Notes under the pieces: model-generated
The model's database searches: none
Told to the model about the DNA's origin: nothing
What the model saw: the letters and a program-made list of their open reading frames with translations, nothing else
In this document: positions 21,962-35,300 of the stretch, piece by piece
Layout of the letters: every line of letters begins with the position of its first letter
How positions within the stretch are numbered: position 1 is the first letter of the stretch
Assembly (NCBI GenBank): GCA_002269645.1
Contig: NIVC01000835.1
Coordinates: 248,001 to 312,000 of the forward strand
DNA length: 64,000 nt
Origin: Macrostomum lignano
Taxonomy: Eukaryota
Direction of reading: 5' to 3'
Translations under genes and position numbers: made by a program

Positions 21962-24354
21962 TCAAAGTTTCAATACTCGACCCTGCTGGAAAGGATCGTT
22001 CCTACTGGCACTATTTAGCTCAGTTTTAGCCCGGCCATAGCACAATTTAGTCTGCTTCTTCTGCTGCCGTCTGGCCCGCTGGTGCTCCTTGACCAGGCGT
22101 TTCCGTTCGCGTTTGTCCGAGACGCCAGCCAGTTTGATGGCCAGAGCCGAGGCTGCCGACTGTCTCTCTGAATTGGCGTCCCCGTCTGCCGTTTCGGCGT
22201 CGCTGGCCGCCTCTCCTTCGTCGTCTTCTTCATCATCATCAACGTTGTCGTCTTCCTGCCCGTGAGGCCGGCGTTCAACAGCGTCTAGCAGGGCGGGCAT
22301 GTTCCGCCGACTTTTACATGTGCTGTCGCCGCTGCAGCCGATAAGGGCGCCGGCGGACGGCAGCAGCTTGGGTGCGGCGGCCGCGGCCACAGTCGGACCC
22401 CACAGACTTAACTCTTCGTCCGTGTCCAACGATGAAGCATCTTCATCGTCGTCGATATCGTCAGCATCTCCGTCGCCTACTTCGGCTGTCGCGGCCAGAA
22501 TTCGCAGAGTATCGCTAGCCGGCAGTCGACCATCGTCCAGCGTTTCCTTGGTGATGGATGCCGAGGCCAGCTCTTTGTCGTGCCGTTCCAGAACCTGGCA
22601 ATTTCAATAAAAATACAAAATAATGTTAACTATCCTACTGAAGTAGTATGTAGTGAAAGTAAGCCGATGTTTTGTAAAGATTGGAGTATCACGTGACAAA
22701 CTTTGCTAAAAACAGGGCAAAGAAATAAAATTGTACACATGTTTTTAAGCGACAGAATGTACATTTTGTCAGTCAGACAAGTAATGTACGTGGCTCACTC
22801 CACTCCCCCACGGGGCAGTAAAAAAATCAAGTCAGGGAAGCCGAGGCCTGCATTAAATAACGTATGCTCTCCTATGTACATTCACCTATGTACAAATTTG
22901 ATCACGTGACTGCTTTCCCATCTATCCATCCTCTTATCTTTGTATTTGCGTGAAACAAGTGTGGAATAATCTCACTAAACAAGTGCATTGTATATGCAAT
23001 ATGTATTTTGTTTAGGATAGACGCCATTATTCCACACTTAAGCAAAGATAAGGAGAGGCAGATAAATAAACGTGGAAAGCAGTCAAGTGTTGCCATTTGT
23101 ACATGGGGTAAATGTACATTGGGTGGGTGGAATTATACAGTTTCCGTTTCGGCTTGCCATTGCGTCTAGATGAAAGTTCTATTCAAATGCTCACTAATAA
23201 TAAAGTTTACAGGCTTAAGATATTCAAATAGTCGAAATTGTTAGTTTCGAAATAGCAAAAGTAACCGATTTTTGTTTATTTTCGAAAAAAGAAATTAATA
23301 CTACTGAATGTTAAGTAGCTTACTAGGATATGGGAAACTAATCTAGGGCATCCTGTCTAAAAGTTAACAACAAATTTTCGACCAAAAAGTTCAGACTCAC
23401 CTGATAGAGCGACTTGGTCATGACTGATCCACAGTCGTCGTCCACCGCGCCCGGATCCTCGTCATCGTCCAGATTGTCGGCGGCCATCGGATCCACTGAA
23501 TCGCGTTGGAATTCGCGCAACAAGCGGTCAAATTGGTCCTCAATGACCTCCTCATGGTAAGTGAGGGGCCGGCCTCGCCTGCTGGTGGCCACGGAAGCCG
23601 CTGGCGCCGGCCTGTCAGCCTCCCCAGCATCTTCTTCATCAGCATCCTCGTCGTCCTCGTCGCCTTCTTCGTCAAAGAATCGATTGAAAATGTCGCGCTT
23701 GGAGGCGGCCGCGGCGCCAGGTCCAACCAGAGGCCGCCTGGCCCGGCCGTCCGCGTCCGGAGCGCTGGCCAGCGCCACAAAGTCGTCTTCGATTTCGCCT
23801 TCTTCAACTATCTCGCCGTCGACTTCGCCGTCCCAATCGTTGTCATCGGCTTCGCCGGCCTCGGCCGCAGCGATCGCCTCGGCAATTTCCGGATCGAAGA
23901 ATTCTTCGCCGTCCGCGTCGCCGTCGCCGTCCTCCAGAACTTCGGCTAGCCGCGGCGGCTCATTCGGCAGCAATTCGATTGGCAGGGCGAAGCTTTGAGC
24001 AGCCTGAGCCTGAGCAAGACGAGCGCGAGCCGAGGCGGCGGTCACTGAGGACTCTCCGCCATCGTCCGGCCAGCAGGAGTCGTCGTCGCCTTCGTCCTCG
24101 CCGTCACTGTCGCTCTCCTGTTCAACAATTGGCGCGCCACTTCTAGGCTTTAAATGCTGCATATAGTCGTAGTCGTCCTCGTAAAAGATGCCGTACTTTC
24201 TCCGCTCCTTCAGCCTGCGGCCTCGTTCAACCTCGACCATGGCCACCTGCGGCATGGCGGCGTCGCCGCACATGACGTCATTCTGGGCGCGGTCGAACAG
24301 GTGCCAAGTGACCGCGCTCTTCTTGTCGATGAACTTCGCTTTGCGCTTCGGCAT
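21962..24354 (-). CDS. LTV1: LTV1 homolog (pre-40S assembly/export factor); exons 24354-23401, 22594-21962 (528 aa)
   Basis: MPKRKAKFIDKKSAVTWHLFDRAQND...ERRKYGIFYEDDYDYMQHLK N-terminus and KRERKRLVKEHQRARRQQKKQTK C-terminus match LTV1; phase-0 GT-AG intron. Confidence 0.92.
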
Positions 24355-24464
24355 GCAGAAAGAGAATTTATGATGAATATTTCGAAGCGCTTTAGAATGA
24401 TAACACAGCTTTATTGGATAAATGCAAGCCAACTGAACACTAAAAATTGAACAGTGAGGATTTG

Positions 24465-24647
24465 AGAGGGTTGTCGGATCTACCTGAGGATCTGAGAGGG
24501 TATTGGGATCTATCTGAAGATCTGGGAGGGTAGGGAGATGTACCTGAGGATCTGGGAGGGTAGGGAGATCTACTTGAGGATCTGGGAGGGTAGTGAGATC
24601 TACCTGAGGATCTGGGAGGGTAGTGAGATCTACCTGAGGATCTGGCA
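24465..24647. repeat. Minisatellite, 30-bp unit GATCTACCTGAGGATCTGGGAGGGTAGTGA
   Basis: About 6 copies ending ~110 nt upstream of the LTV1 ATG. Confidence 0.93.
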
Positions 24648-25039
24648 AAATCACAGACGCAGAACACGTAGGAAAAGCGCAAAGTTTCAGTTAAGAACTC
24701 AATAAATTAATGCTTTGAAACACATCTTTATTCATGCTGCAAAACAAATAAATATGCTTACAATCGCAAAATCTAAATTTAGGAAATGTAAAAAACCACA
24801 GCTAAATAATTAGTGAAATATAGGCTTCTCTCATTAAATCTGTTGGTTAACACAGTCTTTTAGGGAGCAGCAAATTTAGCTAAGTTGCAATGTAATAACA
24901 CAGCCCGAAAAAATGGAAACCAAAGAGTCACGAAAAAGCGGTAAACAGGTGACAAAGGAAAGGTGGCGCGGGGCTCTTTGGTATTGCAGCTACCGTATCA
25001 GTTACTCAGAACCGAGAATCATTACCGTCTGTTATTACT

Positions 25040-25060
25040 CGTATTATTATAAGTATTACC

Positions 25061-25090
<30 letters not shown>
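25040..25090. repeat. (TAT)n microsatellite
   Basis: Direct trinucleotide run. Confidence 0.85.
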
Positions 25091-25091
<1 letters not shown>

Positions 25092-25399
25092 TGTGCAATG
25101 ATGGTTATCAGGTTATTAAAAAGGTTCAAGTAATTCTAGTAAATGGTGTAAAGTTTCTTTCACAGCAGAGCCAGTGATAAATCAATCTGATCGAAGCGAA
25201 GGCAAAAAACCAGGATGAAGACGAAAATTAGGGAATGGATATGTGAGTGACGCAATCTTCGACAGAGGAACAGCCTTCATATACGCTATTAAATTTGTAC
25301 CGACCAAGTATGAAAAATAAGGATTAGGGATTAGACTATCAAGTACTCGTAATTTAACATCGGCTTTTCACTAATAGCTGAAGTGTACATGCATTGAGC

Positions 25400-26012
25400 A
25401 GGGGCTGAGGGGTTGGCAGTGTAGGTTGGGGATGGGCTGAGGGGTCGGCTGTGTACATTGGGGAGGGGCTGAGGGGTTGGCAGTGTAGGTTGGGGAGGGG
25501 CTGAGGGGTTGGCTGTGTAGATTGGGGAAGGGGCTGGGGGGTTGGCTGTGTAGATTGGGGAGGGGCTGAGGGGTTGGCTGTGTAGATTGGGGAAGGGGCT
25601 GAGGGGTTGGCTGTGTAGATTGGGGAGGGGCTGAGGGGTTGGCTGTGTACATTGGAGAGGGGCTGATGGTTGGCTGAGTACATTGGGGAGGGACTGAGGG
25701 GTTGGCTGTGTACATCGGAGAGGGGCTGATGGTTGGCTGAGTACATTGGGGAGGGGTTGAGGGGTTGGCTGTGTACATTGGGGAGGGGCTGATGGTTGGC
25801 TGAGTACATCGGGGAGGGACTGAGGGGTTGGCTGTGTACATTGGGGAGGGACTGAGGGGTTGGCTGTGTACATTGGAGAGGGGCTGATATTGGCTGTGTA
25901 CATTGGAGAGGGGCTGATGGTTGGCTGAGTACATTGGGGAGGGACTGAGGGGTTGGCTGTGTACATTGGAGAGGGGCTGATATTGGCTGTGTAGGTTGGG
26001 GAGGGGCTGAGG
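25400..26012. repeat. Minisatellite, ~32/41-bp units GGGCTGAGGGGTTGGCTGTGTACATTGGGGAG
   Basis: G-rich on plus; TGTACA core. Confidence 0.95.
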
Positions 26013-27124
26013 AATTAACTTTGTGCATGGGAGAGCGGGGGGCTTTTCCACTTTCTGAATAAGTTTTCAGCCAGGAGTTTTATCCACAGTCAGGGAACGC
26101 AAATAGTGGAGTGCAGTGGGAGCAACCTTAGCTCAATAATATCGGTACTATATAGATAAATCCCAAACGTTTAGGACAGTCTAACTAGAAGAAGGCCATC
26201 AAAGAGAAGAGATTTAGTAAAAACGCTAATAAAGAATACGACACAGATAGGGCACAGGAGTATGACAAGCGTCATCATGTGACAGAATAGAAAAAGCAAA
26301 ACACAACAGCAAATCGAACACAAAAAGAAACAGAACTGGACTGCCATTACGAGCTGATCAAGGAGCCGAATTTAGATCGTATTACGAGCGGCGAATAAAA
26401 ACAGGACACAAGCGGGAGAGTGGGAGTACAAGAGGGGGCGGAGACGAGCAGTGGAGGGGAGAATTATTTATCATCAATGCCTCATCAATGCCTCTCACAG
26501 ATAGTTATTAGTACATAAAAAATGTTTGGCTAACAGTTAACCAACCTTTATACAGCAAACAGATATTCCAGTTATTTAGATAATAAATTATACTAAAAAC
26601 ATGTTTAGTACGTCAATAAAATAACAATCGATATTCAACAACTCAATCATACGCATCTTTACTATGCTGAGCAGGCTGGAAAATGGATTGGAAAATATTA
26701 GGAGTTAGCGGTTTTATTTGGCCGCACAAAAAACTATTTGAATAGCCACAGCCAGATAGAAATGAGAAATAGAAATATAATAATAAAGGCTTCTAGATGA
26801 GAACACTCAAGACGCATAGGCTGGCCAGGTTAGAACAGTTTTAAAGGCCTATAAAAACACAACTGTTTGCATTTGCACAGCCAAGACGCAGTCGGGAAAT
26901 ATTTTGAGTAATAAATAGACCAAACTAGTTTTTTTTGCGTTGTCAAGGCGTAACTATATAAGATAGATCAGAAGGCACGCAGTGCAAAACCGAATTTGCT
27001 TTGAAGAAAGAATATATCCGATTGCATTTAATATTAAGTGCAATTATTAGCCGCTAAGACTGTGAATTGCCAACACGTTTATTGTGTCTGCTTGATAGAT
27101 GCACTATATAGGCGATGGTGTAAT

Positions 27125-27890
27125 AGGCTGAGCCTGTGTACACTGGGAAGGGTGAGGAGTTGGCTGTTGTACACGGAGGAGGGTGAGGGGTTGCCTGTGT
27201 ACACTGGGAAGGGTGAGAGGTGTACACTGGGAAGGGTAAGGGATAGGCTGTGTACATCTAGGGAGGGTGAGGGATAGGCTGTGTACATCTGGGGAGGGTG
27301 AGGGATAGGCTGTGTACATCTGGGGAGGGTGAGGGATAGGCTGTGTACATCTGGGGAGGGTGAGGAGTTGGCTGTTGTACACTGGTAAGGGTGAGGAGTT
27401 GGCTGTGTACACTGGGAAGGGTGAGGGGTTGCCTGTATACACTGGCAAGGGTGAGGAGTTGGCTGTTGTACACTGGCAAGGGTGAGGAGTTGGCTGTGTA
27501 CACTGGGAAGGGTGAGGGGTTGCCTGTATACACTGGGAAGGGTGAGGAGTTGGCTGTTGTACACGGAGGAGGGTGAGGGGTTGCCTGTGTACACTGGGAA
27601 GGGTGAGAGGTGTACACTGGGAAGGGTAAGGGATAGGCTGTGTACATCTGGGGAGGGTGAGGGATAGGCTGTGTACATCTGGGGAGGGTGAGGGATAGGC
27701 TGTGTACATCTGGGGAGGGTGAGGGGTTGGCTGTGTACACTGGGAAGGGTGAGGGGTTGGCTGTGTACACTGGGGAGGGTGAGGGGTTGGCTGTGTACAC
27801 TGGGAAGGGTTGGGGAGTTGGCTGTTGTACACTGGAAAGGGTGAGGGATAGGTTGTGTTGTGTACATCTGGGGAGGGTGAGGGATAGGGG
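27125..27890. repeat. Minisatellite, ~31-bp unit GGGTGAGGGATAGGCTGTGTACATCTGGGGA and variants
   Basis: G-rich on plus; TGTACA core; contains internally duplicated blocks. Confidence 0.95.
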
Positions 27891-28744
27891 CATAATAGGT
27901 GGCATAATACTTATTTAATTGTTAATCTATATAACTAAAACTGATATACCACTAATCTTACACGGCCAGTGCATTCGAACAGACAATGAGTTTCGAACCA
28001 AAATTGATATTAAAGTTAATAACCATTAGGCATTTTTCCATGCGTACAATTTCCAATTTTCTAAAGCTAGAATAATCTTATTGTAGTAAGTGTAGAAAAA
28101 CAGTAGTTAAAGTATAAAAAAATGAAAAAAAAACAATAGAGAAAAGCAACTATCGAGCATAAGCGATACGCAAGAATTGAAATGAAAATCAAAATTTTGA
28201 AGCCCTGCTGTAGATAAGTAAATAAGCACACACCGCGCATGGTTGCCATCTCAGAAAAAAATTAATCAGGCCGATAATATAATATAATTCAAAAGGCTAC
28301 TCAAAGGCGGAATGGTCCCCAGTTGAAATTTGCTATATTACAATTTATAGTATCACAAAAGAACTAGCGATTGGGTGCCAGACCAAACGGACAATCATGT
28401 AAATCAATATTACAGTATATAAAACGCATGTATCTAATAGGAAATATGCCACTTCATTTGTGCATACCGTAATATAATTTACTACTAAAACAAGCATTTA
28501 GTAAAGCCAGTGAGCGTACTATCGCTGAGGCATAAAGCCCAAATAGTTACATAGGGCAGCCTTTGTTATTTACACAGTAAACAAAAATACTTGCTGTTTT
28601 CTACAATAACAGGAGCAACGAGCAAACACGAGATCGAAAATAAATTGAAAAAATGGGCCAGAGAAACTAGCGCCGATTTGGTACAGGTAGTGCCATCCGA
28701 GCCTCTGTGCCAGTCTGCCTTTGCGTTGGGGTAAGGGCAGGGGT

Positions 28745-29138
28745 CTTTCGGGGATGCATGTACATTGGGGTGAGGGGTAGGGGATGGTCGGGGATGCATG
28801 TACATTGGGGTGAGGCGTAGGGGTTTGTCGGGGATGCATGTACATTGGGGTGAGGCGTAGGGGTTTGTCGGGGATGCATGTACATTGGGGTGAGGCGTAG
28901 GGGATGGTCGGGGATGCATGTACATTGGGGTGAGGGTTAGGGGATGGTCGGGGATGCATGTACATTGGGGTGAGGGGTAGGGGATGGTCGGGGATGCATG
29001 TACATTGGGGTGAGGTCTAGGGGTTTGTTGGGGATGCATGTACATTGGGGTGAGGGGTAGGGGATGGTCGGGGATGCATGTACATTTGTGTGAGGGGTAG
29101 GGGATGGTCGGGGACGCATGTACATTGGGGTGGGGGCT
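28745..29138. repeat. Minisatellite, 40-bp unit GGGATGCATGTACATTGGGGTGAGGGGTAGGGGATGGTCG
   Basis: About 10 copies just downstream of the MAP3K 3'UTR. Confidence 0.95.
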
Positions 29139-29389
29139 AGGAGTTTGATTTTCATAGGGTTTGATAAATTGCATGCAACGAGGTCTCGTATAGACAGAAA
29201 TGATTTAAATGGATTTTGGGCAGAACAAAGTGAACAAATGGGTAGGCAGGCAAGGGGAAAACACTGCATGAGATAAACAATAATAAGAACAATGACGCAG
29301 CAATTACAGGGGTTTAGCCGAACAGATGGCGCTAGACACAATTGGGACTAACTTGAAACAGAGTGGGTCAGAGGTAGGGGGGGGGGCAG

Positions 29390-32300
29390 CTAAAGGGCCT
29401 CAGTGCAGAAGCGATGGCGCAGGAGGCTGTCCGCATCCGGCCTCTGCTCTAGGGCGTGAGTAAAACAGGCATCAATAAATTGTCGAGCAGTCTCAGTGAC
29501 TTCGCTAGGCAGGGTGTAGTCAACTTTCTGATCGCTAACAATCCTGTATATGACGGAGACTGCATTTTCCAGCTGATGGTAAGGCGGATGTCCGGTAAGG
29601 AATTCAACAACTGTGGAGCCTAACGACCAGATATCGGCTTTATAGTGATATTTCTTGCCCCTAATCACTTCGGGCGCGATGTATGGCGCAGTTCCAGCGA
29701 ATTTTGTTGACATTGCCGATTGAAGCGTTTTAATGTGCTTCGCCGAGCCGAAGTCGGACAATTTTACATTGCCTTGACTGTCCTTCAGGATGTTGGCGCC
29801 TGGGTAAATTGTGTATTTGGAATGAATTTAAACAAGTATTTGATGCGTTAAACAGCCTCTATATCTAATGGACACAGACACATTGGACACACAGACATGC
29901 TTTCTATTTGACACAGACATGCTTTCTATTTGACACAGACATGCTTTCTATTTGACACAGACATGCTTTCTATTTGACACAGACATGCTTTCTATTTGAC
30001 ACAGACATGCTTTCTATTTGACACAGACATGCTTTCTATTTGACACAGACATGCTTTCTATTGGACACAGACATGCTTTCTATTGGACACACAGACATGC
30101 TTTCTATTTGACACAGACATGCTTTCTATTGGACACAGACATGCTTTCTATTGGACACACAGACATGCTTTCTATTTGACACAGACATGCTTTCTATTTG
30201 ACACAGACATGCTTTCTATTGGACACAGACATGCTTTCTATTGGACACACAGACATGCTTTCTATTTGACACAGACATGCTTTCTATTTGACACAGACAT
30301 GCTTTCTATTTGACACAGACATGCTTTCTATTTGACACAGACATGCTTTCTATTGGACACACAGACATACTCTCTAATGGACACAGACATGCTCTCTATT
30401 GGACACAGACATGCTCTCTATTGGACACAGACATGCTCTCTATCGGACACACAGACATGCTCTCTAATGGACACACAGACATGCTCTCTATTGGACACAC
30501 ACAGACATGCTCTCTATTGGACACACACAGACATGCTCTCTATTGGACACACACACAGACATGCTCTCTATTGGACACACACAGACATGCTCTCTATTGG
30601 ACACAGACATGCTCTCTATTGGACACAGACATACTCTCCATTGGACACAGACATACTCTCTATTGGACACAGACATGCTCTCTATTGGACACAGACATGC
30701 TCTCTGTTGGACACACAGACATGCTCTCTGTTGGACACACAGACATGCTCTCTATTGGACACACAGACATACTCTCTATTGGACACATAGACATGCTCTT
30801 TGTTGGACACAGACATGCTCTCTATTGGACACACAGACATGCTCTCTGTTGGACACACAGATATGCTCTCTGTTGGACACACAGACATGCTCTCTGTTGG
30901 ACACATAGACATACTCTCTATTGGACACATAGACATGCTCTTTGTTGGACACAGACATGCTCTCTATTGGACACACAGACATGCTCTCTGTTGGACACAC
31001 AGATATGCTCTCTGTTGGACACACAGACATGCTCTCTGTTGGACACACAGACATGCTCTCTATTGGACACAGTCAATAGAAAAGGTGTTAAAGGTGTTAG
31101 CCACAGCTTACCTTTAATGTCTCGGTGCACAATGGTGTTCCTATGAAGAAAGCTGAGTCCTTCCAGCACCATTCTGGTGTACTTTCTAGCCAGAATCTCC
31201 CTGATCGGGCCGAATCGTTTAATTTCGTCCCGCAAACTGCCACAGTCCATGTACTCCATAAAAATACACAGTCTATATGCATCCTGATGATAGCCTAGGT
31301 ACTGTACAATGCGCTCGTGAGAAAATTTCTTCAACGTTTGAATTTCAATCTCCAGCGCTTTCACTTCGCGACTAGTGGCCGGATCTTGATTAGCGTCTAA
31401 CTGGACAACCTTCATGGCGAACAGGCGGCCCGAGTCCTGATCGTGGCATTTGTACACCTTGCCGAATGCGCCTTGGCCTAGCAGGTCGCCCTGTTTCCAA
31501 TTATCCGGCGCCGCGGGAGCTGCAGGGTAGGTAAGGGAGTGTTGAGATTTTCGGAAAATAGTTGAGCTGTACGTTAAAGGTATAGGCGTAAAAGTGCACA
31601 TAAAATGATTGAGGACACTAGCAAACGTTCAAATTATCACGTTTATGCGAACTTAAAGATCTTGCTCGACAGTATGTACTATATGGTAGCAACTCTGTAG
31701 AAGCAACTCTGTAGAGTAGAAGCATCTCTGTAGAGTGGAAGCATCTCTGTAGAGTGGAAGCATCTCTGTAGAGTGGAAGCATCTCTGTAGAGTGGAAGCA
31801 TCTCTGTAGAGTGGAAGCATCTCTGTAGAGTGGAAGCATCTCTGTAGAGTGGAAGCATCTCTGTAGAGTGGAAGCATCTCTGTAGAGTGGAAGCATCTCT
31901 GTAGAGTGGAAGCATCTCTGTAGAGTGGAAGCATCTCTGTAGAGTGGAAGCATCTCTGTAGAGTGGAAGCATCTCTGTAGAGTGGAAGCATCTCTGTAGA
32001 GTGGAAGCATCTCTGTAGAGTGGAAGCATCTCTGTAGAGTAGAAGCATCTCTGTAGAGTGGAAGCATCTCTGTAGAGTGGAAGCATCTCTATAGAGTGGA
32101 AGCATCTCTGTAGAGTGGAAGCATCTCTGTAGAGTGGAAGCATCTCTGTAGAGTGGAAGCATCTCTGTAGAGTGGAAGCATCTCTGTAGAGTGGAAGCAT
32201 CTCTGTAGAGTGGAAGCATCTCTGTAGAGTGGAAGCATCTCTGTAGAATGGAAGCATCTCTGTAGAAGCAACTCTGTAGAGTGGAAGCATCTCTGTAGAG

Positions 32301-35300
32301 TGGAAGCATCTCTGTAGAGTGGAAGCATCTCTGTAGAGTGGAAGCATCTCTGTAGAGTGGAAGCATCTCTGTAGAGTGGAAGCATCTCTGTAGAGTGGAA
32401 GCATCTCTGTAGAGTGGAAGCATCTCTGTAGAGTGGAAGCATCTCTGTAGAGTGGAAGCATCTCTGTAGAGTGGAAGCATCTCTGTAGAGTGGAAGCATC
32501 TCTGTAGAGTGGAAGCATCTCTGTAGAGTGGAAGCATCTCTGTAGAGTGGAAGCATCTCTGTAGAGTGGAAGCATCTCTGTAGAGTGGAAGCATCTCTGT
32601 AGAGTGGAAGCATCTCTGTAGAGTGGAAGCATCTCTGTAGAGTGGAAGCATCTCTGTAGAGTGGAAGCATCTCTGTAGAATGGAAGCATCTCTGTAGAAG
32701 CAACTCTGTAGAGTGGAAGCATCTCTGTAGAGTGGAAGCATCTCTGTAGAGAGGAAGCAACTCTGTAGAGTGAAAGCAACTCTGTAGAGTGGAAGCATCT
32801 CTGTAGAGTGGAAGCATCTCTGTAGAATGGAAGCATCTCTGTAGAGTGGAAGCATCTCTGTAGAGTGGAAGCATCTCTGTAGAGTAGAAGCATCTCTGTA
32901 GAGTGGAAGCATCTCTGTAGAGTGGAAGCATCTCTGTAGAGTGGAAGCATCTCTATAGAGTGGAAGCATCTCTGTAGAGTGGAAGCATCTCTGTAGAGTG
33001 GAAGCATCTCTGTAGAGTGGAAGCATCTCTGTAGAGTGGAAGCATCTCTGTAGAGTGGAAGCATCTCTGTAGAGTGGAAGCATCTCTGTAGAGTGGAAGC
33101 ATCTCTGTAGAGTGGAAGCATCTCTGTAGAGTGGAAGCATCTCTGTAGAGTGGAAGCATCTCTGTAGAGTGGAAGCATCTCTGTAGAGTGGAAGCATCTC
33201 TGTAGAGTGGAAGCATCTCTGTAGAGTGGAAGCATCTCTGTAGAGTGGAAGCATCTCTGTAGAGTGGAAGCATCTCTGTAGAGTGGAAGCATCTCTGTAG
33301 AGTGGAAGCATCTCTGTAGAGTGGAAGCATCTCTGTAGAGTGGAAGCATCTCTGTAGAGTGGAAGCATCTCTGTAGAGTGGAAGCATCTCTGTAGAGTAG
33401 AAGCATCTCTGTAGAGTGGAAGCATCTCTGTAGAGTGGAAGCATCTCTATAGAGTGGAAGCATCTCTGTAGAGTGGAAGCATCTCTGTAGAGTGGAAGCA
33501 TCTCTGTAGAGTGGAAGCATCTCTGTAGAGTGGAAGCATCTCTGTAGAGTGGAAGCATCTCTGTAGAGTGGAAGCATCTCTGTAGAGTGGAAGCATCTCT
33601 GTAGAGTGGAAGCATCTCTGTAGAGTGGAAGCATCTCTGTAGAGTGGAAGCATCTCTGTAGAGTGGAAGCATCTCTGTAGAGTGGAAGCATCTCTGTAGA
33701 ATGGAAGCATCTCTGTAGAAGCAACTCTGTAGAGTGGAAGCATCTCTGTAGAGTGAAAGCAACTCTGTAGAGTGGAAGCATCTCTGTAGAGTGGAAGCGT
33801 CTCTGTAGAGTGGAAGCATCTCTGTAGAGTGGAAGCATCTCTGTAGAGTGGAAGCATCTCTGTAGAGTGGAAGCATCTCTGTAGAGTGGAAGCATCTCTG
33901 TAGAGTGGAAGCATCTCTGTAGAGTGGAAGCATCTCTGTAGAGTGAAAGCAACTCTGTAGAGTGGAAGCATCTCTGTAGAGTGGAAGCATCTCTGTAGAG
34001 TGGAAGCATCTCTGTAGAGTGGAAGCATCTCTGTAGAGTGGAAGCATCTCTGTAGAGTGGAAGCATCTCTGTAGAGTGGAAGCATCTCTGTAGAGTGGAA
34101 GCATCTCTGTAGAGTGGAAGCATCTCTGTAGAGTGAAAGCAACTCTGTAGAGTGGAAGCATCTCTGTAGAGTGGAAGCATCTCTGTAGAGTGGAAGCATC
34201 TCTGTAGAGTGGAAGCATCTCTGTAGAGTGGAAGCATCTCTGTAGAGTGGAAGCATCTCTCTAGAGTGGAAGCATCTCTGTAGAGTGGAAGCAACTCTGT
34301 AGAGTGGAAGCATCTCTGTAGAAGCAACTCTGTAGAGTGGAAGCATCTCTGTAGAGTGGAAGCATCTCTGTAGAGTGGAAGCATCTCTGTAGAGTGGAAG
34401 CATCTCTGTAGAATGGAAGCATCTCTGTAGAGTGGAAGCATCTCTGTAGAGTGGAAGCATCTCTGTAGAGTGGAAGCATCTCTGTAGAGTAGAAGCATCT
34501 CTGTAGAGTGGAAGCATCTCTGTAGAGTGGAAGCATCTCTGTAGAGTGGAAGCATCTCTGTAGAGTGGAAGCATCTCTGTAGAGTGGAAGCATCTCTGTA
34601 GAGTGGAAGCATCTCTGTAGAGTGGAAGCATCTCTGTAGAGTGGAAGCATCTCTGTAGAGTGGAAGCATCTCTGTAGAATGGAAGCATCTCTGTAGAAGC
34701 AACTCTGTAGAGTGGAAGCATCTCTGTAGAGTGGAAGCATCTCTGTAGAGAGGAAGCAACTCTGTAGAGTGAAAGCAACTCTGTAGAGTGGAAGCATCTC
34801 TGTAGAGTGGAAGCATCTCTGTAGAGTGAAAGCAACTCTGTAGAGTGGAAGCATCTCTGTAGAGTGGAAGCATCTCTGTAGAGTGGAAGCATCTCTGTAG
34901 AATGGAAGCATCTCTGTAGAAGCAACTCTGTAGAGTGGAAGCATCTCTGTAGAGTGGAAGCATCTCTGTAGAGAGGAAGCAACTCTGTAGAGTGAAAGCA
35001 ACTCTGTAGAGTGGAAGCATCTCTGTAGAGTGGAAGCATCTCTGTAGAGTGAAAGCAACTCTGTAGAGTGGAAGCATCTCTGTAGAGTGGAAGCGTCTCT
35101 GTAGAGTGGAAGCATCTCTGTAGAGTGGAAGCATCTCTGTAGAGTGGAAGCATCTCTGTAGAGTGGAAGCATCTCTGTAGAGTGGAAGCATCTCTGTAGA
35201 GTGGAAGCATCTCTGTAGAGTGGAAGCATCTCTGTAGAGTGAAAGCAACTCTGTAGAGTGGAAGCATCTCTGTAGAGTGGAAGCATCTCTGTAGAGTGGA

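Noticed and set aside
24355-24654. N-terminal extension of LTV1 in ORF 23338-24654
   Set aside because: Derived from the 30-bp array and UTR; homology starts at MPKRK (24354).
28570-28740. LAQRLGWHYL resemblance to nucleotide-kinase N-termini
   Set aside because: No upstream P-loop and the frame closes quickly; likely chance.
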